Shown: positions 1 through 8,886, counted from the first letter of the stretch. The stretch: DNA of 27,320 bases from a virus (IMGVR_UViG_3300025647_000214:1-27320); one strand, 5' to 3'. Notes: generated by a model not told the origin, from the letters alone. Program-made: numbers and translations.

Positions 1-942
1 CCTTCAGCCATCATCAAAACAGACCCAGCGGAAGCCATCAAACTTGCTGAAGCTGCGAAGCTAGCAGAACAGCTTGCCAAAGATCAAGAAAAACAAGCAG
101 CGGCCATTCGTTCGGCCATTACCGCAGCGCAGCCAGCCTTAAAAACGTATCTCGATAGTGAGGCACAAGCCTTAGCCCTGCTTGATGCCAAGAAAATCTC
201 ACAGTCCGAATTTAATAACGTTATGTCGATTTATAAGAAACGACTTGATGATGCAACGGGCGCTAATGAGCAGTGGCTTACAGATATTGCGGACGCAAAC
301 AGGTTTATCGAAGGCGCAACCACTGAGATAGAAAAGCTCAATATAGAGTTAACCAGAGCAACAGAGCTGGCTGATAAAGGGCTGATCTCGCCAGAAACAT
401 TAAGCAGAACAAAAGACCGTATTGCTAAAGACCTTGAAGAAATTAAAGAGGCAGCGAAAGAGATAGACAAGATTGGCGAAGCCTTAGCTGAAGGGATGCA
501 AAACGTAGTTGCAGATGGCTTCGTATCTATTTTTAAGGGCGGCTTTGACGATGTTCTCAATTCGTTCGGAGAGCTTCTTGTCAATATGGCAGCGCAGGCA
601 GCGGCGGCCGACTTCCTTCATCTGATCGGGTTTGGTGGCAAAGACAACAAAGGCGGGAACCTCGGCAAGCTGTTCGACGGACTGTTTAGCTTTGAAGGCG
701 GCGGTTATACCGGAGCTGGATCAAGAACTGGCGGACTAGATGGTCGCGGCGGGTTCCTGTCGATGGTTCACCCAAATGAAACCGTGGTTGACCACACCAA
801 AGGCCAGTCTTTAGGCGGTACAAGCAACGCCATTTACATCAACTACACTGGCACAGGTGACAGAAACACCGACAACAGGGCAGCGGGGCAAATGGGTCGC
901 GATATATCACGAAGAATTGGCGGCGCGGCGAGGTATACCTGA
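1..942 (+). CDS. Tail tape measure protein, C-terminal part (5'-partial)
   Basis: Frame is open from base 1. Ala/Glu/Lys-rich helical sequence ending in the typical TMP tail 'FEGGGYTGAGSRTGGLDGRGGFLSMVHPNETVVDHTKGQ'; lies directly before Dit. Confidence 0.9.
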   Translation, partial: PSAIIKTDPAEAIKLAEAAKLAEQLAKDQEKQAAAIRSAITAAQPALKTYLDSEAQALALLDAKKISQSEFNNVMSIYKKRLDDATGANEQWLTDIADANRFIEGATTEIEKLNIELTRATELADKGLISPETLSRTKDRIAKDLEEIKEAAKEIDKIGEALAEGMQNVVADGFVSIFKGGFDDVLNSFGELLVNMAAQAAAADFLHLIGFGGKDNKGGNLGKLFDGLFSFEGGGYTGAGSRTGGLDGRGGFLSMVHPNETVVDHTKGQSLGGTSNAIYINYTGTGDRNTDNRAAGQMGRDISRRIGGAARYT

Positions 943-1841
943 TGTTTTTAGAAGAACGGCTCACGGAAAAACTGTTATACGGCTCTACGTTCTCCGGCGG
1001 TTATGACGTAGACGCGTCGGAAGTCAGGGGGGGAAAGAAGTATAAGAAATTAATGAACCCCTATCCCACGGCGAGAATAGATATCAATCTGCTCGATGTA
1101 GAAGATGTCATTATTCTGTCCTTGATTGACTTCTTTAACCGAGTCGGCGGCATGTTTGGCGGGTTTAGGGCGCGGCACCCTAAAGACTATTCCACCAATA
1201 ATTATAAAGATGTGCCAACTTATAACGACCAAAAAGCCGTTAATACTTCAGGCCTAATCTATCAAATCACTCGATGGTTTGGTGATGAGGATGTTTCTAC
1301 TTCGACTAGGCGCAGAGTGTTAAAACCTGTAGCCGATACGGTGCTAGTAGGCATACGCGATGACTTTGGCAACCCCAGCCAGATTATCGAGGTCAGCACC
1401 GACCCAGACCCAGACGTAACGCGATGGACGGTCGATATAACAACCGGCCTTGTCACGTTTGCGGCTGATAGCGAAAACACGATTACAGGCATCACTCAAG
1501 CCTCTCAAGCGGTTATCACACTAGGAGCCGCACACGGTCGCGTAGCAGGCGACTCTATCCATATCTCTACCGTTGCAGGCATGACAGAGATTAATGGTCT
1601 AAGGGCTGCTGTGCTGTCTGCTGATGCCACTACGGTCACTGTTGATATAGACAGCACTCTGTTTACTGCCTACACGTCTGGTGGCGTGACAAATACCGCG
1701 CCTCAATCGGGCGAAGTCGTTACGGCGGGGTGTTATTACGACATTCCTTGCGAGTTTGAAACCGACCTTAACAACGTCTCGCTTTCAAACTACAAAGTCC
1801 TCGCGGCTTCCATCTCTATTGCTGAACTGCTCGACGTTTAA
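942..1841 (+). CDS. Distal tail protein (DUF2460/GTA-like Dit) with an inserted beta domain
   Basis: 'MFLEERL...FFNRVGGMFGGFR...KPV...VDITTGLVTF...VTAG..YDIPCEF' motifs; follows TMP; internal insert 'ITGITQASQAVIT...HG...GD.I.I..V.GMTEING'. Confidence 0.8.
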   Translation: MFLEERLTEKLLYGSTFSGGYDVDASEVRGGKKYKKLMNPYPTARIDINLLDVEDVIILSLIDFFNRVGGMFGGFRARHPKDYSTNNYKDVPTYNDQKAVNTSGLIYQITRWFGDEDVSTSTRRRVLKPVADTVLVGIRDDFGNPSQIIEVSTDPDPDVTRWTVDITTGLVTFAADSENTITGITQASQAVITLGAAHGRVAGDSIHISTVAGMTEINGLRAAVLSADATTVTVDIDSTLFTAYTSGGVTNTAPQSGEVVTAGCYYDIPCEFETDLNNVSLSNYKVLAASISIAELLDV

Positions 1842-1859
1842 TCCCCCTCATAACTAAGG

Positions 1860-1879
1860 CCCGCTACGGCGGGTTTTTT
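1860..1879 (+). terminator. Rho-independent terminator inside the late operon
   Basis: CCCGC-TACG-GCGGG hairpin followed by TTTTTT. Confidence 0.75.
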
Positions 1880-1886
1880 ATTGCCT

Positions 1887-2777
1887 ATGAAAAGCTCCGT
1901 TGCTGATCCAGAAACGCCACTTTACTGCGCTCGAATAGAAGCGGTAACGGGTGAAATCTATCGCTTTGCCTGGTATCCCCATGATGTTGTTATGTCCAAT
2001 GGCGATGTCTATGTTGCCGACCCCTTTTATAAACCTTCCGACCTTTCTGGGACTGCCGACCTAACGCCCTCTGTATTCGATTCTCAAGGCTTCTTTGATG
2101 CCACAGGTATCACGAGAAATCAGCTAATTTCCGGTCTCTTGGATAACGCCAAGGGTTATGCCTTTAAAACTTCATGGGCTGCTGCCCCGGTTAAGGATGA
2201 AGAACCTTTAAGAAAGGTCATTTTAGGTGCGGGTGAAATCCAAGATGAGGTTTATAAATTAGAGCATATGAGTTTGAAGGACGCTCTCAATCAAACCGTC
2301 GGCTCTGAGGTGTGCGCGAAATGTACCTATGTCCTTTTTGATGAAACCTTAGATGGTGATGTTATTGCGTCAGACCGCTCTCGCTGCTCTGGGCCTAGAG
2401 CGGCCCCCGATGGCCCCGTTATCGGTGATTATATTGTCACAGGAGCCGTTACCAGCGTCACCTCCCAAAAAGTGTGGCAAGACTCTTCACGTGCCGAAGC
2501 CGAAGGTTATTTCAACTACGGCTCGGTGAAGTGGAAAACCGGGGCAAATGCCGGACTGCGTTCTACAGAAATCAAATCTTCCTTAGCGGACGGAACCATC
2601 ACCACCCATCTAGCGGCCTATTACACCATCGAAATCGGTGACGAATATGAAGCTCATCTGGGCTGTGACCACCTTCGAGACGGCGACTGCTACACCAAGT
2701 TTAATAACAACATCAATTGTAACGCCATGCCTGACGTTATCACCCGCGAGGAGTATTCCAAACATGGCACAAGCTGA
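1887..2777 (+). CDS. Baseplate hub protein (DUF2163/BR0599-like)
   Basis: 'YFNYGSVKWKTGANAG', C-terminal 'GCD...DC..KFNN..N', Cys cluster; GTA-like gene order. ATG at 1887 preferred over TTG at 1881. Confidence 0.8.
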   Translation: MKSSVADPETPLYCARIEAVTGEIYRFAWYPHDVVMSNGDVYVADPFYKPSDLSGTADLTPSVFDSQGFFDATGITRNQLISGLLDNAKGYAFKTSWAAAPVKDEEPLRKVILGAGEIQDEVYKLEHMSLKDALNQTVGSEVCAKCTYVLFDETLDGDVIASDRSRCSGPRAAPDGPVIGDYIVTGAVTSVTSQKVWQDSSRAEAEGYFNYGSVKWKTGANAGLRSTEIKSSLADGTITTHLAAYYTIEIGDEYEAHLGCDHLRDGDCYTKFNNNINCNAMPDVITREEYSKHGTS

Positions 2778-3171
2778 TGCCGTTATTGCGCTTGCCCGCG
2801 AATGTATGGGTACGCCTTTTCTCCACCAAGGCAGGGTTTGTCGTTTGGCGCTGGATTGTGCGGGCGTACTGGTTCACGTCTTGAAAGGATTAAACCTGCC
2901 CTATAAAGATCAGAAAGGCTACCCCAAACGACCCTATCAAGGGCTACTAGAAAAAGGCTTATCTGAACAGCCCCATCTTGAAGAAATCCCCCTGCCCGAA
3001 TTATCAGCGGGTGACGTTGTGTTATTCCGTATCACCACGGCTCCCAGACATATCGGCATCTATACGGGAGAGAACGTGATTCACGCCTATTCAGACACAG
3101 GCTGTGTCACCGAGCAATCATTCAAGCCCTGGCTTCCCCAACTTAAACACGTCTATAGGATTGTGCCATGA
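2764..3171 (+). CDS. NlpC/P60 tail-associated peptidase
   Basis: 'GTPFLHQGR...LDCAG...GDVVLF...RHIGIY...IHAY'; ATG at 2764 overlaps the hub gene end. Confidence 0.9.
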   Translation: MAQADAVIALARECMGTPFLHQGRVCRLALDCAGVLVHVLKGLNLPYKDQKGYPKRPYQGLLEKGLSEQPHLEEIPLPELSAGDVVLFRITTAPRHIGIYTGENVIHAYSDTGCVTEQSFKPWLPQLKHVYRIVP

Positions 3172-6100
3172 GTGTAGGTCAAGGAATAGGCGCTGCTGTT
3201 GGTGGTGTCGTTGCCGCTGTTTATGGTGGCCCTGCTGGTGCAAACCTTTTCGCTACACTACAAGGCGCCGCATACGGAGCCGCTATCGGTGGTTTTTTGG
3301 ATCCACCTCCCGGCCCCGATTTACAGGGTTTAAAAATCGACGATGCCTCAGCTCAAACGTCGGAGTATGGAGCCCCCATTAATCGCGGTAATGGCAAGTT
3401 TCCTGCGGTCGGGAGTGTCGTTTGGGTTGAGGGGGGGGAAAGAAAAATTGTCCCTGTTAAAACCGATAATGAGGGCGGTAAAGGCGGCGATGCTGGCACA
3501 ACGAAGAACGACGAAGCATTCTGGACAGGGGCTATTATCCTGGCTGACCACCCCGTCGATGGCATAGGTAGGCTATGGTTTGGGCCTAATTTAGTGTCAA
3601 ACAGCTTAACCGAAGATTTGGCAACGGCTGCTGCCTCGGGTGAAATATTTCCTACGCTCTCGCTTCAGGCCGACACCGGCTTATTAAAAGCCAGCCTGAA
3701 CACTAACCCCACTGGTGGGACGGTGCGACTGTACCCGGGAATGGATGATCAGCCAGTTGACCCCCGTTACGAAGCAGACAGGGGGGCTGGCAGAGCTTCA
3801 GCCTGGCGTGGTTACACAGTCTTATTCGTGTACGACATGCCGTTGAAGGATTACGGCAATAGTATCCCTGGCATGGAGGTCAAGGCTGAATTAATTGTTG
3901 GTGATGGCAGCGCCGATCCTGTGCTTTTGCATGAAGAAGAAAGAGACCGCCCAGGCGCTGCCATTTACATTAATGCGCCACACTTAAGTAATGGTACGGC
4001 GTATGTTTATGCAGTAGAACATACCACCGACCCAGTAGACGGCTGGTCGTATGCTATGGGGCTAGAGACCCAGCCTTTTCTTCTCTCATCAGAAAACGAT
4101 GGCCCCGGTGCTTTTGTGCCAAGAGCTGCCGAGGGGTGGGCTGATGTAGAGGGGTTCCCGCCAGACGCTCGCCCTCTCACAACAGCGCAAATTGACCTTC
4201 TCCGTGGCGGCATTACCTTTAATTGCTTTAGTAGTTTTGGCCGATATTACCTAAAGGATGGAACCTATTATTATTTCGACCTTGTTTCCCCCTGGAAAAT
4301 CTATGTCGGATTGAACAGCGTGGTTTATGGATCAGACATTGCTCTTATTGCCGTCGATGATTCTGGTAATATCTATGCCGTCAGTGAAACCCTAGTTAAG
4401 AAATACGATAGCGACCTTAATTTGTTAAGTAGCATGGCGGTCTCTTTCGGCACTGACATCTTTGGTAACGCCTCGCGGGTTATGTTTGATGACTCTACTG
4501 GGCTGTTATGGGTGCAAACCAGAACGGTGGCGGCACCTAACGACCATTATCACCCCATTTTATTTGAAGAGGGTTATCAGGCCGACCCTGTAGTTGTCCC
4601 TATTGGCGATTTTTCAGGCGCTTACGCCAGTCTTAATTTTAGTATTCGGGGAAATCTTCTTACGCGGTTTCGGTATATCGCGGGATCAACCTTATCAGGA
4701 AATGTACAAAGCTGGCGACTCCCGACCCCTAATGGCGGCGGCCAATCCCTCGCCGCAGTCGTCAGAGAAAGAATGGAGGCCTCCTCTTTAATTGAGCCGT
4801 CAGATATTGACGTTACGTTGCTGACTGACACGGTGAGAGGCTTTAAAACAGCGGGCCTTAAGCCTATTCGCACAGCGATAGAGACCTTGATGGCGGGTTA
4901 TCACTTTGACGTTGTAGACTCAGGGTATCAATTAAGATGTGTGGCTCGTGGTCAGTCTTCCGTGATGACCATTGATTACGAAGACTTGGATTGTAGACCG
5001 GCTGGTTCTGCCCCAAGCCCTGCATTATCAACAACATTTGAGATGGCAAAGCAGCTACCCAAACGGGTTGATATTGGCTTTCTCGATGCTGATCGCAATT
5101 ACAATAAGAACGTTCAGCCGTCTATTGAGCGATTAGCCTCGCAAGCGGTGAGTATTGAATCTTATGACCTCGCCATTGTTTTTACTGTGGACGAAGCAGC
5201 GCAACTGGCTAACCATGAGATTGATCGCAAATGGACAGAGCGACAACGGTTTAATACCTTTACCTTGCCTCAAACATACCAAGCACTAGAGTCTGCTGAC
5301 GTTATTACCATTCCCGCGCCTGAAGCTACTTATGAAATAAAATTGACGGAAGTAAATCATTTAGCCGATGGCCGTGTGCAATGCCAGGGTGTGGTGAATG
5401 ATGCCGCTATTCATGTTCAAAACGCGGTAGGCGGTCAAGGTGTTCTCGGTGATACCGTCGTGAAATATGCGGGCGCGTCCATTATGCATTTATTGGATAT
5501 TCCTTTAATTAGGGATGAAGACGACAAGCCCGGTTTTGCCGGAGCGTTAAGCGGTAAGACTTCAAGCTGGCCGGGCGGGTCAATTACGCGATCCGTCGAT
5601 AGTGGTCAGACGTGGAAGTCTGTCCAGAGCTTTAGAGGCCCGGTCACGGCGGGTATTTGTAGGGGTTCTTTACCTGTTAACGATGGCGCTGTGATTGATC
5701 GAGTCAACACATTAACTGTAGATTTTTACAGTAGTGATATGCTCATATCCTCGATCACCCAAGAGCAAATGTTAACGGGTATGAATTGGGCCGCCTATGG
5801 TGTTCCTGGCCGCATGGAATTAATCCAGTTTGCCAACGCCACATTAAATGCAGATGGATCGTATACCCTTGATACATTTGTGCGGGGGGCTAAAGGCACA
5901 GAGCAATATACCGGCACCCACGTTGATGGTGATGTGTTTGTGTTTCTCAGCGACGCAGATGCCGCCTTTATTGCGGCCAACATCTCTGACATCGGGGCAG
6001 AGAGGCTCTATAAAGGATTAACGTCTGGCAAGAATATTGACTCCGTACAAGAGACAGCTTTCACCTATTTAGGCGTGAATAAAAAGCCTCTTTCTCCTGT

Positions 6101-6410
6101 TCAGCTTGACGGGTCTATTGATGGCTCTGATAACTGGGATTTAACGTGGTTAAGAAGATCACGCTTATCAAGTAGCTGGTGGACAAATGGCGTAGAGGCG
6201 CCCATTGGTGAGGATTCAGAGAGCTATGAAATTGACATTATGAATGGGGCGACTGTCGTCAGGACGCTAACGTCGACCACGCCAGCAGTTCAGTACACAT
6301 CTGCCAATCAAGTCACTGATTGGGGAAGCAACCAGACCACCTTAACCCTCCGCGTCTACCAGATGTCCGCCATTGTAGGGCGTGGATATGTAGCAGAGAT
6401 AACACTATGA
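3168..6410 (+). CDS. Tail tip / host-specificity protein (GTA megatron / gpJ-like)
   Basis: 1080 aa; 'TSEYGAPI', 'SAWRG', 'LPKRVDIGFLDADRNY', 'ELIQFANA...RGAKGTE', 'W.RRSR', 'E.SESYEIDI'; follows NlpC. Confidence 0.85.
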   Translation: MSVGQGIGAAVGGVVAAVYGGPAGANLFATLQGAAYGAAIGGFLDPPPGPDLQGLKIDDASAQTSEYGAPINRGNGKFPAVGSVVWVEGGERKIVPVKTDNEGGKGGDAGTTKNDEAFWTGAIILADHPVDGIGRLWFGPNLVSNSLTEDLATAAASGEIFPTLSLQADTGLLKASLNTNPTGGTVRLYPGMDDQPVDPRYEADRGAGRASAWRGYTVLFVYDMPLKDYGNSIPGMEVKAELIVGDGSADPVLLHEEERDRPGAAIYINAPHLSNGTAYVYAVEHTTDPVDGWSYAMGLETQPFLLSSENDGPGAFVPRAAEGWADVEGFPPDARPLTTAQIDLLRGGITFNCFSSFGRYYLKDGTYYYFDLVSPWKIYVGLNSVVYGSDIALIAVDDSGNIYAVSETLVKKYDSDLNLLSSMAVSFGTDIFGNASRVMFDDSTGLLWVQTRTVAAPNDHYHPILFEEGYQADPVVVPIGDFSGAYASLNFSIRGNLLTRFRYIAGSTLSGNVQSWRLPTPNGGGQSLAAVVRERMEASSLIEPSDIDVTLLTDTVRGFKTAGLKPIRTAIETLMAGYHFDVVDSGYQLRCVARGQSSVMTIDYEDLDCRPAGSAPSPALSTTFEMAKQLPKRVDIGFLDADRNYNKNVQPSIERLASQAVSIESYDLAIVFTVDEAAQLANHEIDRKWTERQRFNTFTLPQTYQALESADVITIPAPEATYEIKLTEVNHLADGRVQCQGVVNDAAIHVQNAVGGQGVLGDTVVKYAGASIMHLLDIPLIRDEDDKPGFAGALSGKTSSWPGGSITRSVDSGQTWKSVQSFRGPVTAGICRGSLPVNDGAVIDRVNTLTVDFYSSDMLISSITQEQMLTGMNWAAYGVPGRMELIQFANATLNADGSYTLDTFVRGAKGTEQYTGTHVDGDVFVFLSDADAAFIAANISDIGAERLYKGLTSGKNIDSVQETAFTYLGVNKKPLSPVQLDGSIDGSDNWDLTWLRRSRLSSSWWTNGVEAPIGEDSESYEIDIMNGATVVRTLTSTTPAVQYTSANQVTDWGSNQTTLTLRVYQMSAIVGRGYVAEITL

Positions 6411-6781
6411 GCACAAGTACCTTTTTAGGGATGACACTACTGGCAAATGGGCTGGCTAATTATGTGCTGGCCAATGAGTATTTCGATACATTAGAGAAAG
6501 CATCTTCAGGCCGGATCACGGTAGACTTCACCTCAGATGCAGACCTAACGCTAACGGCCGATCAAGGGTTCCACAAAGTGCTCGCGATTACAGATTCAAC
6601 CGTAGCATTAACCACGGGGCGTGACGTTATCTTTCCCACTAAAGGCCCAGAGCGAATCATCAAGAACTCAACAGCCCAAACGCTCACCCTTAAAATAACA
6701 GGGCAAACCGGCGTAGCAATTTTAGCCTCGACAGTAGGTCGTTATTATTATGATGGGACTGATATTGTTGCGGCTCCTTAG
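6407..6781 (+). CDS. Small tail-associated beta-rich protein (124 aa)
   Basis: ATGA coupling to the tail-tip stop; Thr-rich 'IIKNSTAQTLTLK...G.GV.I...YYDGTDIV'. Confidence 0.6.
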   Translation: MSTSTFLGMTLLANGLANYVLANEYFDTLEKASSGRITVDFTSDADLTLTADQGFHKVLAITDSTVALTTGRDVIFPTKGPERIIKNSTAQTLTLKITGQTGVAILASTVGRYYYDGTDIVAAP

Positions 6782-6993
6782 TTATCTCTGGGTTAAGGGT
6801 TAAAACTCAAGCATGGTTGCTAGGCGTATATCGCGTGGCACCAGCCTTGATAGAGACAGGCAACCACCATCTTCTTGGTACCAAACTTTATTGCTACACC
6901 AGTACACCTTGGCCCATCCCTGCTTAGCGTCGTAGTGGCACCAGAACCTATAATATAAATCCATGACCGGTTATCTCTGGGTTAAGGGTTAAA
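6781..6993. repeat. Perfect 24-bp direct repeat GTTATCTCTGGGTTAAGGGTTAAA (6781-6804 and 6970-6993)
   Basis: Two identical copies read directly; they flank a small ORF. Confidence 0.95.
6800..6964 (-). CDS. Hypothetical 54-aa aromatic-rich protein (MDLYYRFWCHYDAKQG...LATMLEF)
   Basis: Manually translated; it fills the space between the two 24-bp repeats and its TAA lies in the left repeat. Confidence 0.55.
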   Translation of the reverse strand: MDLYYRFWCHYDAKQGWAKVYWCSNKVWYQEDGGCLSLSRLVPRDIRLATMLEF

Positions 6994-7125
6994 GGTAGTG
7001 GGTAGAACCGCAATGCTTATTCCGCTTACTTTTCATTTCTGGCAAAGACCCTTTCAGAGCTTCAACATGAATTGAGTTATCAATCGGCATAGACATACTT
7101 GCCAGTAAGTTGTCAATTCGGTCAA
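6989..7125 (-). pseudogene. 5'-truncated paralog of the 8310-8525 cassette gene
   Basis: Reads DRIDNLLASMSMPIDNSIHVEALKGSLPEMK...; 7056-7125 is identical to 8392-8461. Confidence 0.7.
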
Positions 7126-7334
7126 ATGGTGTGTTCGCCACCTTTGTAGCCGGTGAAGGTTGCACCTAGGGCACTCTTCGCATGTTCTAGCATTTCTCCA
7201 AAGGTCACGTTTTCTTTTGGCGCGAATGCAATTTCATCATAATATCCACGATAGCTGTCAGGTTCCCCGAACCCGTGAGGCACGGTTAACTCAGGGTTTT
7301 GTTGCTCTAGCCACTTAATCAAATCTTCAAGCAT
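7122..7334 (-). pseudogene. Small phage protein, probably C-terminally truncated
   Basis: Good RBS (AAGGAGAG); 'GFGEPDSYRGYYDEIAF.P...TFTGYKGG'; stop falls exactly at the edge of the 70-bp duplicated segment. Confidence 0.55.
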
Positions 7335-7360
7335 TTCTCTCTCCTTCGTAGTTGGTTACA

Positions 7361-7408
7361 CACTAACAACGCAAAGCACGGGATAAACCCGTGTTCGCAG
7401 GGTTATGG
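7361..7408 (+). repeat. attC site A1 (48 bp, very short)
   Basis: CACTAAC AACGC AAAGCACG GGATAAACC CGTGTTC GCAGG GTTATGG. Confidence 0.75.
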
Positions 7409-7552
7409 CTCAAACCTTTCAAAGTCCTGCGCCATCTTTCCAAATTTGCCAGTTGCAATAGTGTAATAATGCTTTCCTGCATAGTGTTGCAGCCATCGCA
7501 GTTTCCTTGCAATTCGTCGGTGTGGTGAAAAATAATCAAGCAGTTTTTGCAT
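7403..7552 (-). CDS. Hypothetical 49-aa cassette protein
   Basis: GAGGA RBS before ATG at 7552; TAA inside the A1 R' box. Confidence 0.6.
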   Translation of the reverse strand: MQKLLDYFSPHRRIARKLRWLQHYAGKHYYTIATGKFGKMAQDFERFEP

Positions 7553-7847
7553 TACGGTAATCCTCTTTTGCTTTGCTTCTTTTGCAAACTGGGCAATAGC
7601 CTTTTTTAGTGTTCCTGATTTTGCATCCGCATTTTCTACAAGGCACTGAATTGTAGTATTCCTCGCCAATGATTCTGGCGGTTTCTGCATCCATGTTTAT
7701 TGGGTCGCGGACGGGATGTGTCAATGCGGTTTCAATATTCCAGCCAGAGTTTAATCTCCGCGCTAACGTTTGCCGCTTCATTCTATATTCGCGCGCCCAT
7801 TCACAAAGCAGCATCTCCCTTTCATCAAAATAAATTAGTCGTCTCAT
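7536..7847 (-). CDS. Protein resembling the DNA-binding tail of phage HNH proteins plus a Cys (Zn) motif
   Basis: 'EWAREYRMKRQTLARRLNSGWNIETALTHP' and CxxC...CxxC; no HNH catalytic motif seen. Confidence 0.6.
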   Translation of the reverse strand: MRRLIYFDEREMLLCEWAREYRMKRQTLARRLNSGWNIETALTHPVRDPINMDAETARIIGEEYYNSVPCRKCGCKIRNTKKGYCPVCKRSKAKEDYRNAKTA

Positions 7848-7856
7848 AGTAAAAAG

Positions 7857-7925
7857 CCATAACAACACGCTGCACTGGACTCACTACGCTGGCGCTTCGT
7901 TCGCGCAGTGAGCTTAGGGTTATAC
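7857..7925 (+). repeat. attC site A2 (69 bp)
   Basis: CCATAAC AACAC GCT[G]CACT...AGTGAGC TTAGG GTTATAC; L''/L' pair with one extra base. Confidence 0.92.
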
Positions 7926-8213
7926 AGCCAAGGCGGCTTCAATCAATTCCAAGACTTTGCCGTCTGCCTCTTTCCTGTCGCAATCTTCTACGCAGTCATA
8001 TTCATCTAGCTCACCGCTAATAACCCCTGCTTTTATCAGCGGCCTGTAAACGTCGTACTCCCACCCGCTATTGCCAAATGGTCGCTTTCCGCTGAAACAT
8101 TCCCCTTCTTTCCAGAGTTCTGTTAGTAGTAGTTTGAAATATCCTGCTATTGTAAGGTCTTTGTCAAAATCGCTACTTTCAATCTTCAGTTTCAATATTT
8201 CTTTTGTTTCCAT
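7920..8213 (-). CDS. Conserved-looking phage hypothetical protein (cassette)
   Basis: GAGGTGA RBS; 'LWKEGECFSGKRPFGNSGWEYD'; TAA in the A2 R' box. Confidence 0.8.
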   Translation of the reverse strand: METKEILKLKIESSDFDKDLTIAGYFKLLLTELWKEGECFSGKRPFGNSGWEYDVYRPLIKAGVISGELDEYDCVEDCDRKEADGKVLELIEAALAV

Positions 8214-8228
8214 AACTCACCTCAAAAT

Positions 8229-8315
8229 GTATAACCAGTCGCTTCAGTGGAAGCCGAGAACGTCCGGTTTTCAATAGTCACTCAGTGGCGGCTCCACTGA
8301 GCTAATTCGTTATAT
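8229..8315 (+). repeat. attC site A3 (87 bp)
   Basis: GTATAAC CAGTC GCT[T]CAGTGGA...TCCACTGAGC TAATTC GTTATAT. Confidence 0.9.
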
Positions 8316-8525
8316 GCCCCACACATCCACACCGCCCAGCTCAAAGTAAGCCTGTATTAGCGGACCTTTCATCTCCGGTAATGCCTCTTTTAGAGCTTCA
8401 ACATGAATTGAGTTATCAATCGGCATAGACATACTTGCCAGTAAGTTGTCAATTCGGTCAACTTGCAGTGCAATGTCTTCAAGCGCGCATTCTTTGTTTT
8501 CTTCGAGTGTTCCGCCGTAGTTCAT
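8310..8525 (-). CDS. Hypothetical cassette protein (71 aa from ATG 8525)
   Basis: AGGA RBS; TAA in the A3 R' box; partial paralog at 6989-7125. Confidence 0.7.
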   Translation of the reverse strand: MNYGGTLEENKECALEDIALQVDRIDNLLASMSMPIDNSIHVEALKEALPEMKGPLIQAYFELGGVDVWGI

Positions 8526-8552
8526 AGTGGTTTTCCTATTTAAATTGGTTTT

Positions 8553-8610
8553 GCATATATAATTCATTATTTATAAAACTCCGCTAAGTTCGGTTAATAA
8601 CGTGTTATAT
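8553..8610 (+). repeat. Degenerate, AT-rich attC-like site A4
   Basis: GCATATA(T) where GCATATAAC is expected; R' GTTATAT intact and complementary to the A5 R''. Confidence 0.55.
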
Positions 8611-8799
8611 TTCATTGCCTTTAAATTCTGATTTAAGCAGCCTTACAGCAAAGTCCAGCGCTTTAATCATGTCCTTCGGTGTATCCCCTTCTAATTCGAT
8701 TCTTTGGTGTCGATCATTATCCCAAGCAATGTGGATAGCCTCTTTACAACCAATATCGGCCAAGTCTCGTTCAATCCAGATCCTTTTCAGTTTTGCCAT
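8605..8799 (-). CDS. Hypothetical cassette protein (64 aa)
   Basis: GAGGTGA RBS; TAA in the A4 R' box. Confidence 0.75.
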   Translation of the reverse strand: MAKLKRIWIERDLADIGCKEAIHIAWDNDRHQRIELEGDTPKDMIKALDFAVRLLKSEFKGNEI

Positions 8800-8813
8800 A
8801 AATCACCTCAAAA

Positions 8814-8886
8814 ATATAACAAGCGCATTAACGCGGACACTCATTCCGCTGCGCTCCATTCGTTCCGGTTATGCTGGTCGTTATGA
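8814..8886 (+). repeat. attC site A5 (73 bp)
   Basis: ATATAAC AAGC GCAT[T]AAC[G]CGGA...TCCGGTTATGC TGGTC GTTATGA; two extrahelical bases. Confidence 0.92.

Noticed and set aside
231-5992. Antisense or nested ORFs in the tail genes; likewise those in dnaB and 22761-27178
   Set aside because: Shadow frames of recognisable genes with no independent signals.
6790-6802. Telomere-like GGGTTA hexamers
   Set aside because: Only two units per repeat copy; no telomeric context.
7030-8461. DGR template/variable repeat pair
   Set aside because: Differences are mostly synonymous and not adenine-specific in either copy; no reverse transcriptase in the window.
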